Source of the DNA: Mageeibacillus sp. UBA3781
GTDB lineage: Bacteria; Bacillota; Clostridia; Saccharofermentanales; Saccharofermentanaceae
Assembly: GCA_002368805.1 (NCBI GenBank)
Contig: DFFH01000130.1
Location: 10,863-74,862 of the forward strand
Direction of reading: 5' to 3'
Length of the DNA stretch: 64,000 nt
In this document: positions 1 through 9,905 of the stretch, piece after piece
Position numbering within the stretch: position 1 is the stretch's first letter
How the letters are laid out: each line of letters starts with the position of its first letter
Translations under genes and position numbers: made by a program
The notes under the pieces: generated by a model
Told to the model about the DNA's origin: nothing
The model's database searches: none
Seen by the model: only the letters and a program-made list of their open reading frames with translations

Positions 1-686
1 CGGAACCGGCCGGAAAAAGAAGGCTCGACTCCACCGGCATACAGGTGGGAGACATCTCCGAAAGAAAGCATGCGGAACTGGGCGATCCCTTCTCGTCTTT
101 CTTCCGTCACGACAGTAGTAACGGATGTGGGGGCCGCCATCATGGCATGCCACATGATAAAAGGCGAAAGATTCAGGAGATAGGATAAAAGAACTGCCTC
201 CAGACCGTAATGGCAGAAAAGCACGATCGTATCGTTATTGGGCTTTTCTGCACGGAACCATTTTCCTTCTTTTCTGTAGCCATGCTTCTCGAGAAGTTTC
301 TCAAACTCAGAATAGACCCAGTCTCTTTCCTCTCGTACATGTGCGGCTTTCAGCGCAGGATACTCGGTCCACTTATCATAATCGAAAGCATAGGGCATGC
401 TCATCCAGTCCTGCGGGCACCAGTCCCATGCCACGCCAAGTTTTTCCGGACGCTGGACTTTCGGCGCGAATTCACGAAGCCACTCCAGCTCTTCCGCGTC
501 TTTTCCCATCTTGGGAAGACAGTAGGAAGCGGTTTCCCTGGCCCGTCCCAGAGGCGAGACATAGCAATAATCCGCCGGAACTTTTTTCATTCGTTCCGAA
601 AGAAGTTCAGCTTCGATTTTTCCCTGTTCGGTCAGGCAGTCATTCTCATAATCCGGATCACCGTGCCGGACGATCAGTATCTTCAT
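1..686 (-). CDS. Histidine phosphatase (phosphoglycerate mutase-like) family protein, 3' end beyond window
   Basis: Missing from the ORF track because it runs off the edge. My translation gives MKILIVRHGDPDY... (RHG motif), VSPLGRARET and LFCHYG. RBS AAAGGGA precedes the ATG at 686. Confidence 0.85.
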   Translation of the reverse strand, partial: MKILIVRHGDPDYENDCLTEQGKIEAELLSERMKKVPADYCYVSPLGRARETASYCLPKMGKDAEELEWLREFAPKVQRPEKLGVAWDWCPQDWMSMPYAFDYDKWTEYPALKAAHVREERDWVYSEFEKLLEKHGYRKEGKWFRAEKPNNDTIVLFCHYGLEAVLLSYLLNLSPFIMWHAMMAAPTSVTTVVTEERREGIAQFRMLSFGDVSHLYAGGVEPSFSGRF

Positions 687-768
687 ATACGTCCCTTTCT
701 ATTTAATGATTCCTTCATCTCATACATTGTAACAGAATACAAGGATAGATAAAGACTTGACTACGCTC

Positions 769-801
769 AAAAAAAGAGACAGTCCCGAAAGACTGTCTCT
801 T
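769..801 (-). terminator. Rho-independent terminator of rpsB-tsf
   Basis: Stem AAGAGACAGTC/GACTGTCTCTT followed by a U-tract on the minus strand. Confidence 0.85.
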
Positions 802-824
802 CAGTAAGTTCATCTTAAATCAGA

Positions 825-1751
825 TTACTTGATCTGCTTCATAACTTCTTCAGCGAAGTTCTCTTCCTTCTTGGCAATACCTTCACCCATTTCGAAACGT
901 GTGAAACGACGGATGGTAACGTTGTTGCCGAATTCCTTTGTGTATGTAGCGATCGACTTAGAATCATCCTTAACGAATTCCTGCTCCATGAGGCAGTTCT
1001 CCTTATAGAACTTCTCGATGTTACCCGGCAGGATTCTCTCCTTGATGATCTTTTCCGGCTTACCTTCGTTGAGGTTCTTGTTGATGATGATCTCCTTTTC
1101 CTTCTCGAGATCAGCTTCCGGAACATCCTCACGTGTGAGCCACTTCGGGTTTGCAGCAGCAACCTGCATAGCGATATCCTTAGCAAAATCAGCGAACTTG
1201 GAATCTGTGATGATGGAATCATCCTCTGTGCCAAACTCTACGAATACACCGATCTTACCGCCCATGTGGATGTAAGAAGCAACAGCGCCGTTGCCCTCTA
1301 CCTCATATACTACGAATCTTCTGATAGAAGTATTCTCTCCGATATCAGCGATAGCTTCCTTCTGGAAGAGCTCAACTGTCTTGGACTCATCATTGTAAAG
1401 TGTCTGAGCCATCAGTTCTTCAACATTCGCCGGCTTCTTAGCAAGAATGTGTGTAGCAACTGCATCTGCGAAAGCCTTAAACTTGTCTGTGTTAGCAGCA
1501 AAGTCTGTCTCGATGTTGATCTCTACGAGAGCACCGGACTTCTTGTCGTCAGCGATCTTGGCAATTACTGCGCCTTCAGCAGCGACTCTTGCGGACTTCT
1601 TCTCAGCCTTTGCAATACCCTTCTCACGAAGCCATGCAACTGCCTTCTCAATATCACCCTCAGATTCCTGAAGAGCTCTTTTACAATCCATAATACCGGA
1701 ACCTGTCATGTCACGAAGTTCCTTGACCTGTGCAGCACTAATTTCAGCCAT
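825..1751 (-). CDS. tsf: Elongation factor Ts
   Basis: VKELRDMTGSGIMDCKRAL, ETDF and RRFTRFEMGEG motifs. GGAGG RBS before the ATG at 1751. Lies downstream of rpsB. Confidence 0.98.
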   Translation of the reverse strand: MAEISAAQVKELRDMTGSGIMDCKRALQESEGDIEKAVAWLREKGIAKAEKKSARVAAEGAVIAKIADDKKSGALVEINIETDFAANTDKFKAFADAVATHILAKKPANVEELMAQTLYNDESKTVELFQKEAIADIGENTSIRRFVVYEVEGNGAVASYIHMGGKIGVFVEFGTEDDSIITDSKFADFAKDIAMQVAAANPKWLTREDVPEADLEKEKEIIINKNLNEGKPEKIIKERILPGNIEKFYKENCLMEQEFVKDDSKSIATYTKEFGNNVTIRRFTRFEMGEGIAKKEENFAEEVMKQIK

Positions 1752-1804
1752 TGTTATATCCTCCAATTAAATATTTGTTTAATTACGATACTTGAAAAGC
1801 ACTA

Positions 1805-2572
1805 TTATGCTTCAGCCGGAGCCTCAGCTGCTGCTTCTTCAGCAACTTCCTCAGCTACTTCAGCGTCCTCAGCCTGAACGTCGAGCTGCTCGCCCTGACG
1901 GCCTTCGAGAACAGCGTCAGCCATATGACCGGCAATGAGCTTAACCGCACGGATCGCGTCATCGTTACCCGGGATTACATAATCAACTTCTTCCGGATCG
2001 CAGTTGGTATCAACGATAGCAACTACCGGGATGCCAAGACGACGAGCTTCGGAAACTGCCAGGTGCTCTTTCTTTGTATCAACGATAAAGAGGCAAGCCG
2101 GGAGCTTCTTCATGCCCTGGATGCCACCAAGGTTCTTATCGAGCTTTTCCATCTCGAGCTTCAGCTTAGCAACTTCCTTCTTTGTGCGAAGATCGAAAGA
2201 ACCATCTTCGGACATTGTCTTCAGTTCTGCCAGACGAGCGAGACGCTTCTCAATTGTCTTGAAGTTTGTGAGAGTACCACCGAGCCAGCGGTTGTTGATG
2301 TAGAACATGTTGCAGCGGACTGCTTCCTCAGCGATGGAATCCTGAGCCTGCTTCTTTGTACCTACGAAAAGGATGTTTCCGCCGTCTGCAGCAATAGAAC
2401 GTACGAAGTCATAAGCTTCCTCTGTCTTCTTTACTGTCTTCTGCAGGTCGATGATGTGGATGTTGTTACGCTCCGTGAAGATATACTCCGCCATCTTCGG
2501 GTTCCAACGGCGTGTCTGGTGACCAAAGTGTACACCTGCTTCAAGAAGCTGCTTCATAGAAATAGTTGACAT
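1805..2572 (-). CDS. rpsB: 30S ribosomal protein S2
   Basis: [28 protein letters not shown] and PGNDDAIR motifs. AGGAGG RBS before the ATG at 2572. Confidence 0.99.
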   Translation of the reverse strand: MSTISMKQLLEAGVHFGHQTRRWNPKMAEYIFTERNNIHIIDLQKTVKKTEEAYDFVRSIAADGGNILFVGTKKQAQDSIAEEAVRCNMFYINNRWLGGTLTNFKTIEKRLARLAELKTMSEDGSFDLRTKKEVAKLKLEMEKLDKNLGGIQGMKKLPACLFIVDTKKEHLAVSEARRLGIPVVAIVDTNCDPEEVDYVIPGNDDAIRAVKLIAGHMADAVLEGRQGEQLDVQAEDAEVAEEVAEEAAAEAPAEA

Positions 2573-2596
2573 AAAAATTCCTCCTGTTTTTTCTTC

Positions 2597-2646
2597 CATA
2601 AGGGCTACCCCGGTGTCTCCGGAGAACAAAAGCTACCCCTTATGTG
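2597..2646 (-). promoter_or_regulatory. Structured rpsB 5' leader (putative S2 autoregulatory element)
   Basis: Closing stem CAUAAGGG/CCCUUAUG with two copies of GGGGUAGC, between the promoter and the RBS. Confidence 0.55.
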
Positions 2647-2662
2647 ATTTTTAGCCTTTAAA

Positions 2663-2691
2663 ATGATACAATGAAGTAGCCGCATTGGCAA
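2663..2691 (-). promoter_or_regulatory. SigA promoter of rpsB-tsf
   Basis: TTGCCA-17 bp-TATCAT on the minus strand. Confidence 0.7.
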
Positions 2692-2754
2692 GTGTTTTTC
2701 AAAAGAAATTCACTAAAACAGGCATTTTTATATGAAATCGAGGTCATTATACAT

Positions 2755-4092
2755 ATGAATCATCTATCCGAGCAAGAAAAAAACACTTTTAACAGCATTC
2801 TTTCTGATCTGATCGCCATTCCGAGCGTGAAGGGCGAGCCATCCGATGGCGCCCCGTACGGAGTTCAGCCGAAGGCGGCACTCTCCTACTTTCTAAAGCG
2901 CGCTTCGGAAGATGGCTTTATTGCAGAAAATATCGGAGACAAAGCCGGATACGTCCAGTGGGGAACCAAAGGTCCTCTTCTCGCCGTCCTGGGACACCTC
3001 GATGTCGTGCCGGAAGGATCGGACTGGAAGACCGAAGCTTTTACGCTTACATCTGACGGCCCGTATTTCTGCGGACGTGGTGTGGTAGATGACAAAGGAC
3101 CGGTCGTAAGTTCTTATATGGCGCTTTTACGTTTTAAGAAGAATCACCCGGATCCGGATTACCGTGTCCGTCTGATCGTCGGAACGGACGAGGAGCATGG
3201 CTCCTCCTGTATGGAAAGATACTGCGAGACCGAAGAGCTTCCGGATATCGGATTTACACCGGATGCCGAATTCCCGTGTATCTTCGCGGAAAAAGGAATC
3301 TATCAGATGCATTTTGAAGCAGATCCCGATGGAAGATTTACCCTTCATGGTGGAAATGCAGCAAATATGGTTCCTCCCTATTGTGAATGCATCGATCTTA
3401 AAGAAAGCAAAGGAATATCCACAAAGGGTGTTCAGGCACATGCTTCTCATCCAGCACTTGGTATCAACGCGATCGATCTGATGCTCGATAAGATGGATCC
3501 GGCACTTCTTTCCGGTTCTCCTCTTCTTCTTTTAATGAAGAAGTATTTCAGCGGATCATCCGAGACACCGTTTTCTTCCTTCTTCGGCAGTGACATTTCC
3601 GGAGCGATGACGACCAATGTCGGTATCGTTGATATCAGCACGGATCACGCAAGGCTTCACGTGGACATCCGCTTCCCTGTCACGATTTCCGGCAAGGAAG
3701 TACGAAAGAAGCTTGAAGAAGCCGCAGATGAGTTCGGTGTGAAAGTCGTTGACGATTCTGTTCAGCCGCCTCTCTTTAAGGATAAGGAATCCAGACAGAT
3801 CTCGGTCCTTACAGAAATCTACAGCAACTACCGCGAACTCTTCCCCTATTCCGAGGACGAGAAAGAAAAGAGAGCTGCTGCTATTTCCGAGAAAGCGGCT
3901 CCGATCGCCATCGGTGGAGGAACTTATGCACGTACTATGCCGAATATCGTAGCCTTTGGTCCTCAGCTCCCGTGGGAGAAAGATCAGTGCCATCAGGCCA
4001 ATGAAAGGATCCTCAAAGAAAGCTTGTACCTCCTCGTACCGATGTACGAAGAGGCACTGGAAAAGCTTGGCGATATTATTACCGGTAAGTGA
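2755..4092 (+). CDS. M20 family dipeptidase (PepV/Sapep-like)
   Basis: Intact metal motifs GHLDVVP, GVVDDKGP, GTDEEHG, TPDAEFP, GGGTYAR and CHQANE. Confidence 0.9.
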   Translation: MNHLSEQEKNTFNSILSDLIAIPSVKGEPSDGAPYGVQPKAALSYFLKRASEDGFIAENIGDKAGYVQWGTKGPLLAVLGHLDVVPEGSDWKTEAFTLTSDGPYFCGRGVVDDKGPVVSSYMALLRFKKNHPDPDYRVRLIVGTDEEHGSSCMERYCETEELPDIGFTPDAEFPCIFAEKGIYQMHFEADPDGRFTLHGGNAANMVPPYCECIDLKESKGISTKGVQAHASHPALGINAIDLMLDKMDPALLSGSPLLLLMKKYFSGSSETPFSSFFGSDISGAMTTNVGIVDISTDHARLHVDIRFPVTISGKEVRKKLEEAADEFGVKVVDDSVQPPLFKDKESRQISVLTEIYSNYRELFPYSEDEKEKRAAAISEKAAPIAIGGGTYARTMPNIVAFGPQLPWEKDQCHQANERILKESLYLLVPMYEEALEKLGDIITGK

Positions 4093-4093
4093 T

Positions 4094-5515
4094 TTATACG
4101 AATCTTCTTACAGTGACAACGCACGACATCGGAACATAGTCTTCCACGATTCCGCCGCGGCTTGTCGAAGCATGGATCACGACTCCGCTGCCGCAATAAA
4201 GGCTTACGTGATCGACTCTTCCGTCTCCGTCATAGTCATGGCAGATGACATCTCCGGCTTTCAGATCCTGATTCGTAACATCTGTACCCATCTTAGCGAT
4301 CGATGCAGACTGATGCGGAAGTGAAATACCGTAATAGCGCGCATATACATACATTACGAAGCCGGAGCAGTCGAGACCCTGGAGCGATGCTCCGGTATAG
4401 ACGTACGGGATTCCGATAAAAGCTCTGGCATATGTCAGAAGATCACAGGAACCCGGATCCGGAATAGAACGCTTTACGGGTGCAGGTGTCGGTGTTGCCG
4501 GAGCAGAAGGTTCAGACGGTTCATCCACCTTCGAATTCGGACGAGTGGTCGTAGGAGACGTAGGCTCATCTTTCTGCTCAGGTTTTTCTGTCTCCAGTTC
4601 GGATCTTACGAGATCAGAGCGGACATAACCTCCGTCAGAGAGCTTATACCATCCGTTACCGGTCTTAGCCACGACTTTAATTGCTTCGTCTCTGACAAGT
4701 TTTCTTACGATAGCATCATCCGTACTCGGGCCGGATCTGACATTAACATCACCATTTGAATAGAATGTGCCGCTCATTTCTTTTTCCGTTACCTTCGGAG
4801 CAGGAGTCGGCGTCGGAGTTGCCTTCGGTTTCGGAGTGGTCTTTACATCTTCTTTCTTCTCCGGAGTTGGTGTCGGAGTCTTCTCTTTCTTCGGAGTTAT
4901 CTCCGGTGTAGGAGTAGCCGTTGGCTCCGGAGTAGGTGTAGGAGTTGCCAAAGCTTCAGAAGTCAGATTCTCAGAAAGAACATATCCGGTGACCTGACCT
5001 TCTTCTGTCTCAAATGCGATATGCGACCAGGCAGATCCGATGCCGATACGCTTCACCATGTCCGCATACTGAATCGTCTCAACGACTTCCGCATCAGAAG
5101 CAGGAGAAGAGTATACCATCATCGCTTTTAATGCATAAACCACTTCATCCTTAGGAGCAAATGCAGCAGCATCGAGCATCTCAACTGCCACACCGTCGCG
5201 GTTGCTATGTTCGGAAATGATATAAGTATCGTTTATAAGCGGATCCACTTCCTCATTCATTTCAGACTCGGGAGAATATCTCAGCTGAACAACTTTTGCA
5301 GATCCTGCGGCAGAAGCCTGCAGCGTCTCATCAGAGGGAACGGAGAGATATGTATCGGAAGCATGTCCGAGAGGAACGATAGGAAACAGCACGGTAATCA
5401 TAGACACCACCATGATGATCGATGACATCTTCAGACCGCGATGCAGATGACGCTCAGTCATTCTCTTTTTCAGTTCGTCATTCAGACCTATTTTCTTCGA
5501 ATCCTTTTTCAACAT
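4094..5515 (-). CDS. NlpC/P60 cell-wall peptidase with SH3b domains and Pro/Thr-rich linkers
   Basis: GLDCSGFVMYVY, DHVSLY and IHAS catalytic motifs. VNVRSGPST SH3b motif. N-terminal hydrophobic segment. GGAGG RBS before the ATG at 5515. Confidence 0.9.
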   Translation of the reverse strand: MLKKDSKKIGLNDELKKRMTERHLHRGLKMSSIIMVVSMITVLFPIVPLGHASDTYLSVPSDETLQASAAGSAKVVQLRYSPESEMNEEVDPLINDTYIISEHSNRDGVAVEMLDAAAFAPKDEVVYALKAMMVYSSPASDAEVVETIQYADMVKRIGIGSAWSHIAFETEEGQVTGYVLSENLTSEALATPTPTPEPTATPTPEITPKKEKTPTPTPEKKEDVKTTPKPKATPTPTPAPKVTEKEMSGTFYSNGDVNVRSGPSTDDAIVRKLVRDEAIKVVAKTGNGWYKLSDGGYVRSDLVRSELETEKPEQKDEPTSPTTTRPNSKVDEPSEPSAPATPTPAPVKRSIPDPGSCDLLTYARAFIGIPYVYTGASLQGLDCSGFVMYVYARYYGISLPHQSASIAKMGTDVTNQDLKAGDVICHDYDGDGRVDHVSLYCGSGVVIHASTSRGGIVEDYVPMSCVVTVRRFV

Positions 5516-5748
5516 TGCCTCCAAACAGGTTATTTCCAATATAATTACATCATAATTATATCGTACCTGCACCCTCTTGGAAACAATTGTGACATAATTG
5601 TAATATGGCGCAAAGAATTGACGCAAAATCTCAAATCCGTTTTAGGCGCATTTCCAAGTGTTTTGATAATCAAATGATTTCTATTGACTAGCATCAATGT
5701 CAAGATAATGATATTTTTTCAGAAGCACTGCCAGTCTATAAGAAAGCA

Positions 5749-5783
5749 AAAAAGAGCCGCCCTTTTAACAGGACGGCTCTTTT
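5749..5783 (-). terminator. Terminator after ispH-rpsA
   Basis: AAAAGAGCCG...CGGCTCTTTT stem flanked by A/T tracts. Confidence 0.75.
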
Positions 5784-5807
5784 GAACGATCAAATCAAGT
5801 AAGAGGA

Positions 5808-7844
5808 TCACTCTTCAGCAGGTGTAGCCTCTGCTGCCGGTGCTTCTTCCTTAACTTCCTCTACAGGAGCAGCTTCTTCCTCATCCTTCGGTTCCGGATT
5901 GATCGGAGCTACTTCCTTGATGGAGATGCTGATGCGGCGTGCTGTCGGATTAACATCGAGGACCTTAGCCTCAACCTCCATACCTTCCTTCAGAACATCC
6001 TGTGGCTTATTCAGTCTTACATCGGAGATCTGGGATACATGGCAAAGAGCATCGAGATTCGGCTCAAGCTCAACGAATGCACCGAACTGGAACATACGGA
6101 CAACCTTACCGCGAACGATAGAACCTACCGGGATACGCTCTTCAATGTTATAGAACGGATCATCCTCAGCCTTCTTATAGCCGAGAGAAATTCTCTTCTT
6201 CTCCGGATCAAAATCCTTAACATATACATGTACCTTATCACCAACGGAGAGAACTTCCGACGGATGATGGATGTGATTCCAGGAGAGCTCGGATACGTGG
6301 ATAAGTCCATCCACACCGCCGATATCTACGAAAGCACCGAAGTCTGTGAGGGATCTTACGACACCGTCGTACTCCTTATCCTTTTCAATACCGCTCCATA
6401 CTTCCTCAGCTTTTGCCTTACGCTCATTGTTGAGAAGTGTTCTTCTGGAACCGGAAACTCTCAGGCGGCGCTTGTCCGGATCGAACTGTGTGATAAGGAT
6501 CTCGATCGTCTTACCCTTGTAAGCTTCAAGATCGTTAACAACATTCAGTTCAAGCTGTGTTCTGTGAATGTAGATGTCAACTCCGCCGTAACTTGCGATG
6601 ACACCATCTTTAACTACGTTTGTGATCTTAACTGTAACCGGCGTCTTATTCTCGTAAGCCGCTTCGATTTCTGCTTTATTCTTGCTGAAATCCACATGAG
6701 ACTTGGAAAGAATGATCTCTTTACCCATGTCAGTATTGCGGATGCTCTTTACGTACACTTCAATCTCTTTGTGCTCTTCAACTGCCGCTTCAAAGTCAAA
6801 ATCAGGTTCAAACTCACTTCTTGGAATCTTGCCTTCCGACTTATCATGGACATCTACATATACGAAATCACTGTCGCAGGTCGTGATTGCTCCCTTCACT
6901 GTAGCGTTCTTTCGAAGCTGTGGAATGCTTTCAATGTAATCGCCAAAATTGATGTCGTTAGACTCTGGATTCGTGTTTACCCCGTTTTCACTCATGGTTT
7001 GGATAACCTCCCTGATAATACTCACCGGCGTTGATGCTCCTGCCGTAACTCCGATCCGCTTCACCTTGCGTTCCCTCCACATAGGAAGCAGCGGTAAAAC
7101 TTCTTCGGCGCCACCAACAAGATATGTCAGCGCACAACGATCTGAACATATGTCATAGAGTTTCTTTGTATTTGAGCTGGTCTTCGATCCTATGACGATC
7201 ATAACATCGGAAAGCTCAGCCAGATCCGCAGTTTCTCTCTGCCTATTTTCAGTCGTATAACATATTGTACCAAAAATTTGATCATTTGCAATTTTTTTCT
7301 GCACGAATTCACAAATTTCTTGGAAAACCTTACTGGAAAACGTCGTTTGGGACACCCAAACGGAATCAGATTCGATATTTGGGAGTGCCTGACACTCTTC
7401 CAAAGACGATATCACCGTCACAGGATGAGTGCTTTCTCCGCAGATGCCGACGACTTCCGGATGTCCTTTCGTTCCGGTGATATATACGGGATGTCCTTCT
7501 TTTCCCGCTTTATTTACGATAGTATGGATCTTCTTTACAAAAGGACATGTGCAGTCGATGATCTCACAGTTTCTCGATGAAAGCTCCTCCATCACCTGCG
7601 GAGTAACTCCATGGGCACGGATCAATACCACACTGCCTTCATCGACCTCACCAGGTTCATGCACGAGGATCATGCCGGAAGATAAAAGATCACCGACGAC
7701 CGTCTCATTGTGCGTGATCTCTCCCAGCATATAGATCTTCCGTCCCGGATACTTTTCCAGGATGGAATACGCTGTTTTCACGGCACTTTCGACACCGAAA
7801 CAAAAACCGGATGATTTAGCTGATTCGATCTTCCAGGATCCCAA
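5808..7844 (-). CDS. ispH: Bifunctional HMBPP reductase / ribosomal protein S1 fusion
   Basis: IspH Fe-S cysteines (GFCFGV, DCTCPFV, TICYTT), SSNT and TAGASTP, followed by S1 repeats (FGAFVDIGGVDGLIHVSELSW). Probable TTG start at 7844 after the cmk stop. Confidence 0.93.
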   Translation of the reverse strand: MGSWKIESAKSSGFCFGVESAVKTAYSILEKYPGRKIYMLGEITHNETVVGDLLSSGMILVHEPGEVDEGSVVLIRAHGVTPQVMEELSSRNCEIIDCTCPFVKKIHTIVNKAGKEGHPVYITGTKGHPEVVGICGESTHPVTVISSLEECQALPNIESDSVWVSQTTFSSKVFQEICEFVQKKIANDQIFGTICYTTENRQRETADLAELSDVMIVIGSKTSSNTKKLYDICSDRCALTYLVGGAEEVLPLLPMWRERKVKRIGVTAGASTPVSIIREVIQTMSENGVNTNPESNDINFGDYIESIPQLRKNATVKGAITTCDSDFVYVDVHDKSEGKIPRSEFEPDFDFEAAVEEHKEIEVYVKSIRNTDMGKEIILSKSHVDFSKNKAEIEAAYENKTPVTVKITNVVKDGVIASYGGVDIYIHRTQLELNVVNDLEAYKGKTIEILITQFDPDKRRLRVSGSRRTLLNNERKAKAEEVWSGIEKDKEYDGVVRSLTDFGAFVDIGGVDGLIHVSELSWNHIHHPSEVLSVGDKVHVYVKDFDPEKKRISLGYKKAEDDPFYNIEERIPVGSIVRGKVVRMFQFGAFVELEPNLDALCHVSQISDVRLNKPQDVLKEGMEVEAKVLDVNPTARRISISIKEVAPINPEPKDEEEAAPVEEVKEEAPAAEATPAEE

Positions 7845-7866
7845 AATCGTAAAACCTTCCTCTGAA

Positions 7867-8535
7867 TTATTCCTTAATATATGAAAGAAGCAGATCCTGC
7901 GTCTGTTCAATATCGATCTTTGTCGTATTGATCTCGATGGCATCCTCGACCTTTACGAGCGGAGAAGCAGCACGGGTGGAATCCTGCTGATCTCTGTACT
8001 GGATATCGCGGAGGACATCTTCATAAGTAGTATCCGTAACACCCTTTTCCTGAAGCTCAAGAAGTCTTCTTCTGGCTCTTTCCTCCGCATCCGCGACGAG
8101 GAAGAACTTATACTTCGCATTCGGGAATACTTTGGAACCGATATCACGGCCATCCAGGATGACGTTCTTTCCTTCAGAGATCTTTCTCTGAAGATCTACC
8201 ATTTTTTCTCTGACGACCGGGATTGCGGAAACATCCGAAGCTGCAACTGAAACACCCGGCATACGGATCTCGGAGGAGACATCTTTCCCATCAAGCCATA
8301 CATGCTGGGATCCGTCTTCATGTGTGATATCGATTCTAATATCCTGCATCATCTTCTCTACAGCTTCTGTATCCTTTGTATCGATGCCGCTCTTTAAAGC
8401 TTTTAATCCGCAGGCACGGTACATAGCACCTGTATCCAGATAAAGGATTCCCAGCTTCTTGGCCACACCTTTTGCCAGGGTGGATTTTCCGGAACCGGAA
8501 GGACCGTCAACAGCAATCTGATAATACTCACTCAT
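7867..8535 (-). CDS. cmk: Cytidylate kinase
   Basis: IAVDGPSGSGKST, LDTGAMYR and DGRDIG motifs. Confidence 0.97.
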   Translation of the reverse strand: MSEYYQIAVDGPSGSGKSTLAKGVAKKLGILYLDTGAMYRACGLKALKSGIDTKDTEAVEKMMQDIRIDITHEDGSQHVWLDGKDVSSEIRMPGVSVAASDVSAIPVVREKMVDLQRKISEGKNVILDGRDIGSKVFPNAKYKFFLVADAEERARRRLLELQEKGVTDTTYEDVLRDIQYRDQQDSTRAASPLVKVEDAIEINTTKIDIEQTQDLLLSYIKE

Positions 8536-8556
8536 TTTTCATTTCCTCCTAATCAA

Positions 8557-8976
8557 TTAAATAGCGCGGTGTCCCAGGCCGATCGCGATCTCATTAAGAT
8601 GTAAAAGGCCAATACCGAAATACACACATACGCTGATATGGTCGTTATAGCGGGCGATACCGATCTTCCCGCCGACATTCAGGCCGATCGCCTTCGATGT
8701 GATCTGGGAGATCGCTTCTCTTGCAGCCCCTGCAAGAGCACCCTCTTCATTATGATTATTCCCGATGATTCCTTCGCGCTGGGCGGCAACGACACATCTC
8801 TCGATGATCTTACTGACGGAAGAGATGAATTCTCCGCCGAAATCGGCCGCCGTTGCGTTGATTTTCTCGGCTTTCAGAGCTTCTTTAAGCTCTGCTTCTT
8901 CCTCTCGGGAATTTGTAAGCGCGATGCGGATCGAAGCGGAAGCGGTAAGTTTACTGCTGGCAATCAATTCTTTCAT
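8557..8976 (-). CDS. hutP: HutP family protein
   Basis: HNEEGALAGAAREA, VGGKIGIAR and LHLNEIAIGLGH, typical of clostridial HutP-family proteins next to cmk. Confidence 0.8.
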   Translation of the reverse strand: MKELIASSKLTASASIRIALTNSREEEAELKEALKAEKINATAADFGGEFISSVSKIIERCVVAAQREGIIGNNHNEEGALAGAAREAISQITSKAIGLNVGGKIGIARYNDHISVCVYFGIGLLHLNEIAIGLGHRAI

Positions 8977-9902
8977 GATTCCTCTTCCTCCTTTTCTTCT
9001 TCAGAAGGCTGATTTCTATCTTTTCCGGTGTCATATACCTTATATTCTTTCCAGAGACGTTCGAGCGCTTCGAAAGACTCCTCGATATGTGCTTTTCTAT
9101 GCATACCGAGAGCAACGAGAAGTGCATTGATCAGGGAGAGCGGCGCTGTAAGTGAATCTACGAAGGATGCCATATCCGAGCGGGCGAACAGAGCCACATC
9201 CGCATACTCAGTCATCGGCGTGTCCGCCTTATCCGTGATCACGATAACAGATGCGCCACGGGAGCGGGCATACTGCATCGACTGGATCGTTCTGCTGGAA
9301 TATCTCGGGAAACTGATACCGATCATGACATCTCCGGGACCGATCGGAAGGATCTGCTCAAATACCTCATTGGCACTGTTGCTGTGAATATGACGCACAT
9401 CATCAAAGAGCGGCGTCATATAAAAATGCATAAAGGAAGAAAGAGGCGAAGAACTTCTAAGACCCATAATATAGATCTTTTTCGCAGCAAGGATCGTAGA
9501 GACCGCTTTGCTGAACGCCTCCTCATCCATATTCTCATATGTATATTTCAGGCTGTCGATATCCGCCTGAAGGATCGACTTGACGATGGAAGCATCATCC
9601 GAGAAACGGCTGGCTGCATTGAGGCGCTGCACCGATGTAAGCTTGACCTTCAGCTCTTCCTGAAGTGCTTTTTGAAAATGCGGATACCCTTCATATCCGA
9701 GTTCCATAGAAAAACGGACAACAGTGGATTCACTGACTCCGGTCGTTTCTCCGAGCTTGGCCGCGGTCATATATGCCGCAGTTTCATAATTGGCAAGGAT
9801 ATATTTCGCAATAGCTTTCTGCCCCTTGCTCATCGAGTCCATCGATTCGGTGATCCGTTCGACGACACTTGATAATGACTCGTTTCTTTTATCCTCCGTC
9901 AT
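8973..9902 (-). CDS. MurR/RpiR family transcriptional regulator (HTH + SIS)
   Basis: GVSESTVVRF..LGYEGY HTH and ISFPRYS SIS domain. Confidence 0.92.
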   Translation of the reverse strand: MTEDKRNESLSSVVERITESMDSMSKGQKAIAKYILANYETAAYMTAAKLGETTGVSESTVVRFSMELGYEGYPHFQKALQEELKVKLTSVQRLNAASRFSDDASIVKSILQADIDSLKYTYENMDEEAFSKAVSTILAAKKIYIMGLRSSSPLSSFMHFYMTPLFDDVRHIHSNSANEVFEQILPIGPGDVMIGISFPRYSSRTIQSMQYARSRGASVIVITDKADTPMTEYADVALFARSDMASFVDSLTAPLSLINALLVALGMHRKAHIEESFEALERLWKEYKVYDTGKDRNQPSEEEKEEEES

Positions 9903-9905
9903 GAA

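Noticed and set aside
210..752. Plus-strand ORFs 210-752 and 341-706
   Set aside because: They are antisense shadows of the minus-strand histidine phosphatase gene and have no recognisable motifs.
4780..4950. Repetitive GGAGTNGG sequence
   Set aside because: It encodes the Pro/Thr linker of the NlpC/P60 protein; it is not a CRISPR or DNA repeat element.
5808..7844. IspH-S1 fusion as a novelty
   Set aside because: It is a well-known, common fusion in Clostridia.
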